DNA from: Octopus sinensis
Taxonomy: Eukaryota
Assembly (NCBI RefSeq): GCF_006345805.1
Contig: NC_043001.1
Span: 113,336,001 to 113,400,000, forward strand
DNA: 64,000 nt
Reading direction: 5' to 3'
Positions 1 through 13,875 of the stretch are shown piece after piece. The position numbers and the translations under genes were made by a program. A model generated the notes under the pieces. It was not told the origin of the DNA and did not search any database. It saw only the letters and a list, made by a program, of their open reading frames with translations. Within the stretch, counting starts at the first letter, position 1. The number at the start of each line of letters is the position of its first letter.

Positions 1-370
1 GTATGGGGTCGTCAGGAGAGAATGCACGCCTTTTCGGGGCCTACTTCTCGACGGCATCAATGCGCACCGGCGCCCCCTCGCTGATATGATCAACTGATTA
101 TCAAATAAAACTCACTATTTCTTTAGCCATTGCTCATCGTCTCTTTTTAACCAAATCCAGTGGTTAGCCTTCTCCACTGTAGTTTGGATATCGGTCATGG
201 TGGTTTTGACTTTACGATGAGTTAAAAACTAAATATAGTAAGTTGTCTTTTCCCTTTTTCAATCTCCCAAGGGTACCCTATGGCAAGCGCTGCACTAATG
301 TGTTTAGAAAAACCATAAACATTAAAGCCATGCACACACTTTTACCCGTCATATATATAGGTTACTTTTA

Positions 371-560
371 GGTGGCGAGCTGGCAGAATCATTAGCATGC
401 TGGGTAAAATGCTTAGCGGTCAAATTCCGTCGAGGCCGATTTTGCCTTTCATCCTTTCGGGGTCGATAAATTAAGTACCAGTTGAGTAATGGAGTCGATG
501 TAATCGATCTACTTCCTCCCTCGAAATCTCAGGGCTTGTGCCTACAGTGGAAAAGAATAT
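371..560 (+). mobile_element. tRNA-derived SINE, family A (short-tail variant), internally deleted
   Basis: Head ggtggcgagctggcagaa (A box-like), body ccgaggccgattttgcctttcatcctttcggggtcgata, tail cttgtgcctacagtggaaaagaata; homologous to many copies in the window. Confidence 0.85.
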
Positions 561-572
561 ATAAGCTACTTT

Positions 573-710
573 ATTCCGCCGAGGCCGACTTAGACTTTCA
601 GCTTTTAGGATCGATAAGAAAATGTACCAGTTGAACACTGAATTCTATGTCATCGACTTATCCCCTTCCCCGTTTTTGCTGGCCTTGTGCCAGAATTTGA
701 AACCAATATA
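573..710 (+). mobile_element. SINE family A, 5'-truncated degenerate copy
   Basis: ttccgccgaggccgac...gtaccagttg...ctggccttgtgccagaatttgaaaccaat matches the family A body and tail. Confidence 0.75.
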
Positions 711-711
711 T

Positions 712-943
712 ATATTTCTTTACTACCCACAAGGGGCTAAACATAGAGGGGACAAACAAAGACAGACAAAGGGATTAAGTCGATTACATCGACCCCAGTG
801 CGAAACTGGTACTTAATTTATCGACCCCGAAAGGATGAAAGGCAAAGTCGACCTCGGTGGAATTTGAACTCAGAATGTAACGACAGATGAAATACGGCTA
901 CGCATTTCGCCCGGCGTGCTAACGTTTCTGCCAGCTCGCCGCC
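712..943 (-). mobile_element. SINE family A (long-tail variant), full length
   Basis: Reverse complement of ggcggcgagctggcagaaacgttagcacgccgggcgaaatg...gagttcaaattcc...ccccttgtgggtagtaaagaaata. Confidence 0.92.
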
Positions 944-1199
944 CCTTTGAAATAGGTTACTTTGTCTTGTTATAAAAAATTTGCTCCAATATATGTCACT
1001 TATAAAATTTCACCTCGGGGTCATTTTTAGTCAATTACTGAAGTTTTCAGGTATTTTGACTTTATGAAGAAAGTGATCTCCAAGAGCAGCTTATGTGTGT
1101 CAACAGAAAGAAAATAGAAAAAAAACCCCCAAAACATGACAATATTATCTCTGACTATGGTTTTTTAGCTCAATTTTCCTTTATGGGAATTTCACACGA

Positions 1200-1213
1200 A
1201 TAATAATAATAAC

Positions 1214-1248
<35 letters not shown>

Positions 1249-1342
1249 TAATAATAATAATAGTGACAACAACAATAATAATAATGATTTCATTCATTGG
1301 CCACGAGGGTAATAATCATATATATTCTCTCTCTCTCTCTCT

Positions 1343-1400
<58 letters not shown>
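1200..1400. repeat. Compound microsatellite (AAT)n, (CT)n, (TA)n
   Basis: Directly visible. Confidence 0.95.
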
Positions 1401-1401
<1 letters not shown>

Positions 1402-2062
1402 ATCATTAAAACTAAGAAACAGTATCCTCCGGTCATCACTTACGACTAGCTTTCTGCCACCCACGGGAAAATACACTCAATGAACCGGTTTCATCAGACT
1501 CGCCGCCCTCGCTCACTCTTGTCTCGCTCACTCTAAATTATTTTGCACGCTTATTTCTGTTCATAACACAATTCATCTGAAACTATCTCACCATCACTTC
1601 AAATACTCCACCCAGTCCCCTCCGTTCATGAGTTTCTCTTCTCGAATTGTTAACCAGACACTATTTAATTGAAACATCAACTGTATTAACCGCCCACACC
1701 ATCACGAATAAACTGCCTGCGTAAACGCATAAAGAGGTGGAGATAATCGTGAGTGTATAGTAAGTAAGTTAGATGGACCTCGGTCGGTTTCATCGATGAA
1801 GATTTCGTTGTTGCGTTCAATTAAACTCCACTCTCACTGAATGAGTATCTAAGGAGTTGCGTACTTCACAAAGATGAGCACCGTAAACATAATCCTCACG
1901 TAGAATAAGTGTTAATCAGTGTGACAAGATTAGAGGTCGTTAAGTTAGAGGTGCAATCCATCTGATAGGCTTGAGCACAGTTTCTTCTCCCCAATATCAT
2001 TCAGTGTTTTGTGTTGATCTTTTGCAATGAGAAAAGACACCTTAAATGTTACACACTAGAAT

Positions 2063-2650
2063 CTGGCAGAAACGTTAGCACGCCGGGCGAAATGCTTAGC
2101 GGTATTTCGTCTGTCGTTACGTTGTGAGTTCAAATTCCGCCGAGGTCGACTTTGCCTTTCATCCTTTCGGAGTCGATTAAATTAAGTACCAGTTACACAC
2201 TGGGGTCGATACAATCGACTTAATCTGTTTGTCTGTCCTTGTTTGTCCCCTCTATGTTTAACCCCTTGTGGGTAATAAAGAAATAGGTATTTCGTTTGCC
2301 GTTACGTTCTGAGTTCAAATTCCGCCGAGGTCGACTTTGCCTTTCATCATTTCGGGGTCGATTAAATAAGTACCAGTTACGTACAGGGGTCGATATAAAC
2401 TACTTAAGCTGTTTGTCTGTCCTTGTTTGTCCCCTCTGTGTTTAGCACCTTATGGGTAGTAAAGAAATAGGTATTTCGTCTGACGTTACGTTCTGAGTTC
2501 AAATTCCGCCGAGGTCGACTTTGCCTTTCATCCTTTCGGGGTCGATAAATTAAATACCAGTTACGCATTGGTGTCGATGTAATCCACTTAATCCCTTTAT
2601 CTGTCCTTGTTTGTCCCCTCTATGCTTAGCCCCTTGTGGGCAATAAAGAA
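2063..2650 (+). mobile_element. SINE family A: one headed copy plus two headless units in tandem (about 185 bp period)
   Basis: Unit starts ggtatttcgt at 2101, 2286 and 2470; the first two units end aaagaaata, the third ends aataaagaa. Confidence 0.92.
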
Positions 2651-4529
2651 CTAAGAATCTAAACTGGAAGCTTATTATTGTGAAGCGAATTTCGGCCATG
2701 CTGCACCAATAGGCCTTTGATGGCGATAAAGACATACTGAGATTTGTTCAAAGGGGTACGAAAATGTAATTAAAATGCAATGAGAATACAGCTTATCCAG
2801 AGTCGCCATTCGCATGACTAACAAAAAACTAAGTCAATGGTAGCACAATTAATGTAATGTACAACAATACTGCAACGAATTAAAATCATACTTTTAATGA
2901 GGAGAGTAAAAACATAAAGTCAATGACGAATGTTGGTCAATGCAAAGGGTTGAAAACTCCGAAATTTTTACTAATTAGAATAATAACTCTACATGGAGGA
3001 CAAATTAATTGTAACTAATGATCTTTGTCTAGTTCGGAAACAAGTATGGTCATGGGCTGGTCGTATTAGACCACCTCACTGATTTATAATGGTACTAGGA
3101 TCCTGAGGAGAAACAAAATGGCTATCAAGCAAACGTAAGGATTTCTGAACCGTCGGTCGGCATGCTAGAAACACTAGCCAAAGCTCCCACAGTTTACTCT
3201 CTAATGTCTCTAAAACTGTAAGGCACCTTAGATGATTTCGTGTAATCGAAAGGAAAGGAAAAGAAAAAAATATTAAGACGTGATGGTTACGACTGGAACA
3301 CCTTTGATCAAAACTCGAGTCAATGAAGGCTAAAAAACAACAGAGACAACAGTAACGACGATGACGACAACAACAACAACAACAACAACAAAAATAGCAG
3401 TACTCACAGCAACAGCAGCAGGATTGGTAACAACAACGACAGCAAGACTATCAGTAGTGACAGGAATAACAACAGCAACAGTCGGGAAATATCCCACAAG
3501 TAACGATATCCTACTATTTTAAAACTTAAAAGAAAGACACTTATATAGCGCTACACAAATTCTCTATATACAAAGCATCCCACCACAAAAAAAAAAAAAA
3601 CAGAACGCCCTCACAACAGCAACAAAAAACTGGTTGACCATGGCTGGATCATTTCAGATCATGGATGTGCCCGATCAAGATAGATCTCGATCTAAACAAG
3701 AACTAAAACTCCATCAATTCTGAGAACGTCAGCGACTGAAGTAATTAATATAATAGTTTGCTGTCAGAAAGGAGATATTCAACTAACAAACGCCCGATTT
3801 TAGGTCAACAGTTGAAAGAAAACAGTTTTTTTATAATAGTTTTTTTTATAATAGTTTTTTATAATAGTTTCCCACTCTATCTGCATCTTACTCTCCTCTC
3901 TCTCTTCTCTCTCTCTCGCATCCCTCTATCTGCATCTATATGCATATACATGCATATACATGCTCTATATATCTTTCCATTTTTAGCTATCGTGCTCTTT
4001 TATATGAGCATGTATTTGTATAGCCATTGTATGTATTTACATAAACGTACCTACATGCACTCGTAGTAACACACACACACATGCACACATACACACACAC
4101 AAATATATATATATATATTTATATACGCTAATATCGAATAGTGAGAATGAGTGCTCAACACCCTATTCTTTTATTTGTGGGTTAACAAGGCTACCAATGG
4201 TTTCAGTAAAAAAAAAAATCTCTCAAGCCTGTGACATGGAAACATTGGTACTCGTATTCATTTTGGATGAGAACACATGAATTTGCACGAGGCGGTGTGC
4301 GATTTTGTGATGAAAAGATTACAGCAAAGGAAGGTAATTGTTGTCTCTCTTGCATTAGAGCTGGGATCTTTGAAAGGAACTGCGTTACAATGGATTGATT
4401 AATTCCTTAATAATTTTATGAGAACGCTCGTGCACGTCCAAATTTAAAATTATGTGTTAGTGAAAATAATGTCGATCGTTTTCAGTGACAATGAAAATAA
4501 AAGCGTTATGAACATCTCCCATATCGTTG

Positions 4530-4900
4530 TAGCCCCCCCCCGTACAACTGTATATAAGGCCAACGTTACGGATTGAAGGAAACAACAAAAACTTACATTG
4601 AAATGATGGGTAACAACTTTAAAGAGATATATATGCAGCATTTGGTTTCTTTTAGAGATAAAAGCAAACGACATACAACATCCTTATCCAATATGGTATG
4701 GACACTTAATGAGAGGATCGTGAGCAAGCCCTATATAAGCAGAAGCATTATAACTAAGGCCAGCAAATACGGGAACAGGGCAGCAGATGCGAACTCTACA
4801 TGACAGAAAAACTAAATATTATAACATCAACAGTGAACTTTTAAAATATTAGAGGAGTAACAATACCCACCACCACCCTACAGCTATTGATATTTCGAAA
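4530..4900 (+). mobile_element. Penelope-like element, degenerate GIY-YIG endonuclease (resembles Naiad-type)
   Basis: Frameshifted translation YKANVT..KTYIEMMGNNFKEIYMQHLVSFRDKSKRHTTSLSNMVWTL..RCELYMTEKLNII matches the PLE pattern IYKA.V..YIG.T..FK.RY..H..SF..T.LS..IW.L..C.LC..EK. Confidence 0.85.
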
Positions 4901-5190
4901 TTTGAAGCATGATCTCCCCACCCACTTTTCCACTCCTCTTTTCCAATCAGCTCCCTCCCATGATCTATATATTTATTTATCCCGAAATTCCGTACCGTCT
5001 CGTGCAATTTCGTGCTTTCTCATCCAAAATGGAGACAAGTACCAGCGTGCCCATGCATCAGGCTTGATAATTGTCTAGAAATTCCACTTTACATAAAACC
5101 GTTGGTAGCCTTGTTGATCCACAAGTAAATAAGTAAATGTGTCTGTGTCTGTGTTTCTGTGTGTATGTGTGTGTATATGCATGTCTATAT

Positions 5191-5256
<66 letters not shown>

Positions 5257-5808
5257 ATGTGTGTGTGTGTGTATATGTATATAAGTTTAGATCAAACACA
5301 CACATACATATTTACAAATACATGCATTCATATATGCGTATAAGTCTGTGTGTGCATATATATATGTACATATTTGTGTATTTATATAGTTATACATACA
5401 TATGTGCGCGCGCGTGCGAACACACACATAATCACATACACACACATATATATAAGCATATATATGTATTAAATGTGTCAACGAACCTCTCCTTAATGTG
5501 GTAGGTGGTTAACAGTCTTACCGCAATGTTTGTTAACCAAACACATACAACCGAGTTGCATCTCACAAGCTTACACACACACACACACACACACACATAC
5601 ACACATACACACACACAGTTATGTACAAGATTTTGTGACCGCCTACCGCTGCTGGAAGCCTCTTTGACACTTTTCTCATCTACTGCAAGTAAACATGCAG
5701 AAATGCACAACACATGTGCACAGATAAACTCATAAAAAATATTTCTCTGTTTCTCATTGATAACATGGAATACACATACACACACACAGACATACAAACA
5801 CACACACA

Positions 5809-5848
<40 letters not shown>

Positions 5849-5926
5849 CACACACACACACACACACCGACGTAGTAGTGGATTCGTCGTCGTTGTTTAC
5901 GATCATCGCTGTGTTGTTCAAGCACC

Positions 5927-6092
5927 TATTTCTTTATTACCCACAAGGGGCTAAACACAGAGGGGACAAACAAGGACAGACATAGGTATTAAGTCGATTA
6001 CATCGACCCCAGTGCGTAACTGGTACTTAATTTATCGACACCGAAAGGATGAAAGGCAAAGTCGACCTCGGCGGATTTTGAACTCACAACGT
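5927..6092 (-). mobile_element. SINE family A, 5'-truncated, with 7-bp TSD agcacct
   Basis: Family A body and tail on the minus strand; agcacct at 5921-5927 and 6093-6099. Confidence 0.88.
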
Positions 6093-6644
6093 AGCACCTG
6101 AGTATTCTACAGACACGTGGACTCATAACGCCTTGACGTTAATTCTCAAACCAGTCATCAGGATACAGCACGTGTCAGGTATGTTTTTTTAAATTACAGA
6201 CACACAGCAAACAAACGCATCCACACACTTACACGCATCCACACACTTACACGCACATATGTATTATGTACAATATAGTGATAATCAGATGAACTGAAAT
6301 ATGTTTAAACATTATAACGCTTTACTGTGGGTTAAATAAGAATGTAAATATATTCTTTCTATTTTATTGATGTATGGAAAAAAGGAGGGAGGGAATCTCC
6401 ACATGGACTGTTTCACGGAATTTTGATTGGTCCATAGAGGATACGCACCTGGCATCTTTCTCAAATCAATAGCATCAATCAGCTTCTATATAAAGCAGTC
6501 ATAAATTAGTCTAGCACCACAATAAATTGCTTAATTTGATTATTTGCATTTTGGAAACTCGTCAGTTATTAAATAGTATCTATCTTATGCACAACAGAGC
6601 GCAAATCAGGAGTGAAATGAAGTTTAATATTGCATAGTTAATCC

Positions 6645-7020
6645 AAACATGAACAAAGAGAAAACACAACAACGCGTGGACGTGGAACAAGCATAGTGTT
6701 ATTGGACGCTCAGGAAAGGAAGCTTCATTGCGAGAGAGAGAGGGGTGGAGGGGAGAGAGAGAGAGGGAGAGAGAGAAAGAGGGAGAGAGAGAAAGAGGGA
6801 GAGAGAGAGATCGAAAAAGCGAGAGAATAGGAGAAAAAGGAGAGGAGGAGAGGAGAAAGAGCAGGAGAGGAGGAAGAGTAGGAGAGGAGAGAGGAGGAGA
6901 GAGATGGAGTTGGAGGGAGAGAGAAAGACAGCGAGGGAGAGAGGTGGAGAAAGACGGAAAGGAGTGGAGGGAAGGAGGAAGAAAGTAAGCGGGGAGGGAG
7001 GGAAATAGAGGGAGAGAAGG
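6645..7020 (-). mobile_element. Probable PLE 3'-end remnant (pyrimidine tract plus terminal arm)
   Basis: Purine-rich tract on plus, adjoining a short arm (...gtgttattggacgctcaggaaagg) that resembles the arms next to HHR-like motifs at 24580 and 17860. Confidence 0.4.
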
Positions 7021-7334
7021 AGGTGGCGAGAAAGTAGAAGAATCGCCTTTTTTGTTTATCGACTCCGAAATAATGAGAAATAAACGTCGTCATTTGAACA
7101 CCGGCTGAAATAAGGTCACTGTTTCTTAAGTGCGTGCATGCGTGCATGTGTGTGTTGGGTGAAATTCCAACTCCCGAAGAATCTGTGAAAACAAAGGAGT
7201 CGCAAAAATTACCATATTAAATAAAGTTTGAGATGCTTTTAAACTTCTTATAATTTGTCAAAGACCGTGTCGAAGAAAGAATAATTGTATGAATGCAATT
7301 TGCATGTTGTTTCTCTCATTAATAAAGCGGAAGT

Positions 7335-7935
<601 letters not shown>

Positions 7936-8519
7936 ATGTATCTGTCTGTTTATCGGTCTTGCATTGTATATACATGTATATACATATTTAAAAAATCGTC
8001 AGGCGAAACTTGAGCACCAGTCAGCTTGAAGTTTATGTACACACACACACACACACCTTCCCCTTCCCCTTCCCAAACATCCACTCTCTCTCCATCCCTC
8101 TTCCTCCCCTTCTCTCCCTCTCTCTCCCTCTCTCTCACTCACAAATATACACCCCTCATACATTCCCCACAGCAGGCCTCAATTACTTGACCAAAGCAGA
8201 AAATGGTGGAAAACAGACCGGAGTTGATAAATAATTGAATCTAATGAGGATGCAAAACTGGCGCCTTGTTACGCTCGTCTCCGTGTCGAAATATTTGGGT
8301 AAAGGAGATATAAAGAGAAAAAAAAATAAAAGCAAATGATGGTGAGTGGTGAAGGTCAAGCCTGGAGCGGATGGGAACTGAGTCGGAGTGGGGATAGCAT
8401 TTATTTAATACTTGACAGAATATATGACGAGGAGGAAATTAAATGGCGCATATAACTGTGATATTGTCTGTGTCGGCATACGTGTTTACTTATGTACCCG
8501 TACGTGCATACGTATATAG

Positions 8520-9121
8520 GAATGTATGTATGTATGTATGTATGTATGTATGTATGTATGTATGTATGTATGTATGTATGTGTGTATGTATGTATGTTTG
8601 TATGTATGTATGTAGGTATGTATGTATGTGTGTATGTATGTGTGTGTATATGTATGTATGTGTGTATGTATGTGTGTATGTGCATGTATGTATGTTTGTA
8701 TCTATGTGTGTGTATGTGTGTGTGTATGTTTGTATGTATGTATGTGTGTATGTATGTATGTTTGCATGTATGTGTGTATGTATGTATGTATGTGTGTGTA
8801 TATGTATGTATGTGTGTGTGTATGTATGTATGTATGTATGTATGTGTGTATGTATGTATGTGTGTATGTATGTGTGTGTATATGTATGTATGTGTGTATG
8901 TATGTGTATATGTATGTATGTGTGTATGTATGTGTGTGTGTGTATATGTATGTATGTGTGTATGTATGTGTGTGTATGTATGCATGTATGTATGTATGTA
9001 TGTATGTATGTATGTGTGTGTATATGCATGTATGTATGTATGTTTGTATGTGTGTGTATATGTATGTATGTGTGTGTATATGCATGTATGTGTGTATGTA
9101 TGTGTATGTATGTATGTATGA
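8520..9121. repeat. Long compound (TATG)n/(TG)n array
   Basis: Directly visible; source of the 150-284 aa low-complexity ORFs. Confidence 0.97.
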
Positions 9122-9589
9122 ACCTGGATATATGGAAATTGATACATACATATATATCTATAGATCTATACATGAAGGTGTGTGGTGTGCGGATAAAGGT
9201 GTGTGGACATGCAGATGATGGTGAGTGGTGTGGGTGCTGGGACGTGGTCAGTGCTAATATGTGTGGATTGGTGTGGTGGGGTGTGGGTGTGGAATGAGGA
9301 TGTGAGGTAGAGGTGTGACGTTACGGTTTGGTATGTGGGAGCGGAGTGTGTGAATGTGGGGTGGAGGTGGGAGTATGTGGGAGTGGCGAGTGTAGGTGTG
9401 GGTGTTTGGGTGTAAGGTGTGGAGTGTGGGTGGAGGTGCTATCAATGAAGAGAGAAGGTGGGTAGCAATGAAGAGAAGAAGTAAGTGTCAGAGCAAGAGA
9501 GGACAGGTGGGTAGGCGTGAAGAGAGAAAGTGTCAGAAGAAGAGAGGAGAGGAAGGGGAGATGAGTAAAAGAGCGAAGAGAGAAGAGTA

Positions 9590-9860
9590 ATTCCTGTTCA
9601 CGGCGAAGGCAGGAATCCGGATGGCCCCTGTGCAAAGACAATCCGAACACAGGTGTTGTAGTGAATGACCGGTGGAACGAAAGTCTGATGTCTCGGTGGT
9701 GCTCCGTGAATCGGTTAGCCAAGTGGCGTCACGTTTGACCGATATATAGAGAAGGGCAGAAAAAGGAGATGCAGTAAATGACGTTGCTAGAAGTGCAGGT
9801 AAAGGAGTCGGTGAAAATATGATAGGGACGATGATGGGTGCCTGGGTGGATAGTGTTGTT
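9590..9860 (-). mobile_element. Penelope-like element, degenerate GIY-YIG endonuclease (canonical PLE type)
   Basis: Minus-strand translation DSFTCTSSNVIYCISFFCPSLYIGQT*RHLANRFTEHHRDIRL..VFGLSLHRG..RREQELLFSL has the IY..YIG motif and the EH..IR and EQ.L motifs of PLE endonucleases. Confidence 0.9.
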
Positions 9861-10476
9861 GGAGTGGTTCAACATTTTAAGTTGGTATAGTTATTAACAG
9901 TGATTATCATTATAATCATTATCAAATAAATAACACTGAAGCAAAGTAACACCAAATATATAGTGCGTGTGTTTTTATTGGCTAAACAGGCAAAATGACC
10001 ATTCCGAAATACAACAATGTCTGTTTCAACACACGATTTCACATAAAAAATCTTGCACAACGAATATATAAAAGTGATTATCATTATTATTGTAATAATT
10101 ATGCCTGATTATGCCAAAAATACCGCGAGCAGAAACAGCTGTTAGATGAGGAATTGTCTTTATTTTTGTAATCAATAAATAATAATTGATGTTTATCAGT
10201 TATCAATTTTATCTCCATTTTCTTATTTATCATTAAAATATGGATAAATCTCGGTTTATTTCTTTCCTTACTTACCATTTATGAGCATTAACACTAATAC
10301 TCATAATCACATATAGGTAATACACCAGTAATTCACTGGATATAAATATCCCTTGGACGGTTTTTATAACCTCTAATTGAAATCACCTATATATATGCAT
10401 ATGCGTGTGTGTGTGTGTGTGTATAATGGAATAATTACTGTGAAGCATTGTATACAATATAATATATTGTATAAAA

Positions 10477-10712
10477 GATGCGAAGTAAATGCAAGGTAAA
10501 TCACCAGAAAACAAATATGTGAATTAATGTAGACTTAACTTGTATTCAATATTTCGGGGTTATGACCCCATCTTCAAGGAATTGAAGACATCGGCAACAT
10601 TCGTCAATTCCTTGAAAATGGGGTCATAACCCCGAAATACTGAATGTAAGGTAAGTCTACTCTAATTCACATATTTGTTTTCATGTGATTTACCTTGCAT
10701 TTACTTCGCATC
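10477..10712. repeat. Long inverted repeat (foldback): 109-bp arms, 18-nt loop
   Basis: 10477-10585 versus reverse complement of 10604-10712: 9 mismatches and no gaps by manual comparison. Confidence 0.95.
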
Positions 10713-11463
10713 GTCCTGGCCTTATCCACGATCTTTTATACATGATCTTTTATACGCGCTTGTGTGTGTGTGTGTGTGTGTGCATGTGTGTTTGTGTTTG
10801 AGTATATAAAGTCATTTTCCATCAAAGGTATTGGAAAAGCAGAGAAAAAGACGAACGGATTACATTGTCAAATATATTACGTTGGGAAAAAACAGGTAAG
10901 ATGTCGACGATTCGGAAAGTTTTTCCTTTATCGAAACTAGACGTAGAAGAGAGGATATATAAGGCCACAAACACAATCATACACACCCATACTCTCACAC
11001 AAACACACCCACACACAACTATACTCTTACAAAAACACACCCATACACTCACACAAACACCCCAGCACCCATACTCTCACAGAAACACACCCAAACTCAC
11101 ACACAATCACACCAACACAATGCACACACACTTTAATGTACGCACGCACACACACGCGCACACACACACTCATATAGGAAGTAGAAGAAAAAACGGATGT
11201 GTGGTTACGGCCGAGAAAAATCGATTATCTTATTTTCTAGTCATGTTTTTTTTTCATACAAACTAAACTAAACGTCTAATAAGAAATTTAAATTAGCGAC
11301 GAGGTCAAGGTGTTGCTTCCGGCAGATGAAAAATGAACTCTGTGACGTCTCATTTTCTGTCTATCTTCGTCTAAACAGTCAGAATACATACATACAAGAA
11401 TACATAAATTTACTAATACACACACACAAACACACACACACACACACGCTCTCACACACAGAA

Positions 11464-11513
<50 letters not shown>

Positions 11514-13174
11514 GTATATTATATATATAATATATATATATATATGTATATATATACACACACAGAAGTATATTCTATTTATGAATATGTCTAGATAAAT
11601 ACGGGTACATGGAGATAAGGGGATGGGTAAAATGTAGGTTGATGGATTGAGTGATTGATGCATAACGCATCCACACGCATATTATGCATGTGTGTCTAAT
11701 ATGTATAGATAATATGGCTAGAAGCTATGCCAAAGGAAAGTGTAAAATGGCCAGAGTGAGATGTGTGTGTATGGGGTGTGTGTGCATGTGTGTGTGTCCG
11801 TGTGCGTTCGCGCACGTGTGTGTGTGTCCATGTCTGTATGTTTATGTGTGTGTGTAAAATATATGTTCATGAAGTTGATGAGGTTGTAGGCGCGCACGCA
11901 CACACACACACACATATAAACAATGAGTTTATTAGAGACAGAGAGGTTTTAATTCAGGTCACTAATAAAGAGACAGAGAGAGAGGTAGAGAGAGTGAAAG
12001 AGAGGAAAACGGAGAGAGAGAAAGCGAGAGAGAAAGATGAGAAAAAGAGAGGGAAAAGGAAGATATGGAAAATTGAGAGATTATTCGCAATGTACAAATA
12101 CTTACACACTCATACTAATATAAAGGATTCTCAGATAAATTCGTTCGTTTCTTTTTTCCATTTACTTTAATCTTTACTCTCCACTAACACTTTTAAATAA
12201 CGTTGTTTTCCTTAACTGTCCACGAATTTTTGCCAACAATCCACTTGTGAATGCCTTGACAATAAAAAAATCAGGATTTGACTCGAAGATCGCATCGAGC
12301 CACGTTTCTTAGCTTCCATGTCACTGTGGAACTAAATGCCCTGCGGATTGCTGGAGAGCAACCGAAAAGGGCAATAATCTGAAGATGCTATATCAGGAGA
12401 ATACGGTAAATATGATGGAACTTCTCAGCTGAGCTCCTGATTAGCACTTTTGGTTAAAATAGCGCCGTGCAAGATTACTTTCGTTTCCTGAGTCTCCTCG
12501 AATATGAGAAAAAGCTTCTATATTCAATTTTCACTTTAAACCAATCTTGGCTAGCGGTTTGTTATCATAGGGAGATACTTCAAAGTTTTCATATCCGAAG
12601 AAAAGATAAGACTCTATTGCTTATACCTGCCAACAGGTAAACAACTGCATGCTATTTACATATTCAAATATGAGATCTGAGTTGTTATACGAGTATAACG
12701 AGTATAAATAAGAAGTAATACGGTGTGCAGTTAGACACTTTACAGCTGTTTCAAAAATAGATGGGCAGATAGTGCATTTCCTGCAAATAATCGGCAGTCA
12801 ACATTATAGTTGCCATCTATTCCATCATTGGAGGAAGAATCTTCACTCCTTTTACCTTCCTTTCCTCTGTGATCAATGCTCACGTAACAATTCATCCCTC
12901 ATGCTTAAATATATAGTTAACATTCACTGCCCTGATACTAGCTATTCTCCTGTTTATACTTGTATTCTATTATACTCATCCTTGCTCAGCCGAAACACTG
13001 CCTTTAGCTAAAATTCCTGCTTCTAGTCGAAGTTCAAGATGGAGTTTTAGGCAGCAAGTCAAACTGAGCACTAATTGTATGTACGTAGTCTCTTACATCA
13101 TCAGATCTAATATTACCTGAATTATACATATGTATGCGTGTGTATATGTGTGTGTGAGAGAGAGAGAAAGTATG

Positions 13175-13221
<47 letters not shown>

Positions 13222-13875
13222 TGTGTGTGTGTGTGTGTTTACATGCGAATATCGATATATCACTTTATTCCTAAAGGCTGTATGCGTATTTATATTCATG
13301 TAGCAATTTTAGCTAGTAACTTCTTAGTTGTTGAATATATTCATAAACGAAGGAGGTCGCACTAATTTAATTATTTTTTCCCCGAATCCCTGCTGAATAA
13401 AGGAGATAATTTTAAATAGAAAATGAATACCAGAAAATGGTAAAAGTAGATACGAAACAGGATAAATTTAATGTATGTTAATCTACCAATTAGTTGTAAT
13501 TTAATTTGAAGGATTATTCAGCTAGTAGAATGTCATTAGAATGTTGGAGAGAATATCTTGCAGTATTTCTTTTGACCATATTTCATCTGAATTCAATTAC
13601 AATCGATGTCAACTTTGCCTTGCATACGCTCGGATTTAATAAAAAAAAAGTACCAATGCAAGGCGATATATTTGTGGAATTTGTAAGAATTTTGAAATAA
13701 ATAGCTTGTTTTTCTTCAAGCTCTGTGAGTTCTGAGTCCAAATTCCATAATGACCTACTTGTGAAGCAGACATTACTTGTGGCTCTGTTTCGCGTAACCT
13801 CTAAGCATCTTGGGTACGTTTAGCGCAGTACACTTTATTGCAAACATTCGAGATAATCTTCGCTCTGAGAATATC

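Noticed and set aside
1-110. GC-rich start with CTGACGA on the minus strand
   Set aside because: It runs off the window edge, so stems cannot be evaluated
1436-1505. CTGATGA..GAAAgctaGTC on the minus strand
   Set aside because: No stem I, II or III pairing; probably chance
8401-9297. Long ORFs (150-284 aa) in several frames; the same applies at 17284, 39915, 56053 and similar places
   Set aside because: They translate microsatellites (YVCM, IYLS, HTYI repeats) that lack stop codons; not coding
12482-12510. FPESPR peptide resembling a transporter motif
   Set aside because: Followed by a stop after one codon; no exon structure
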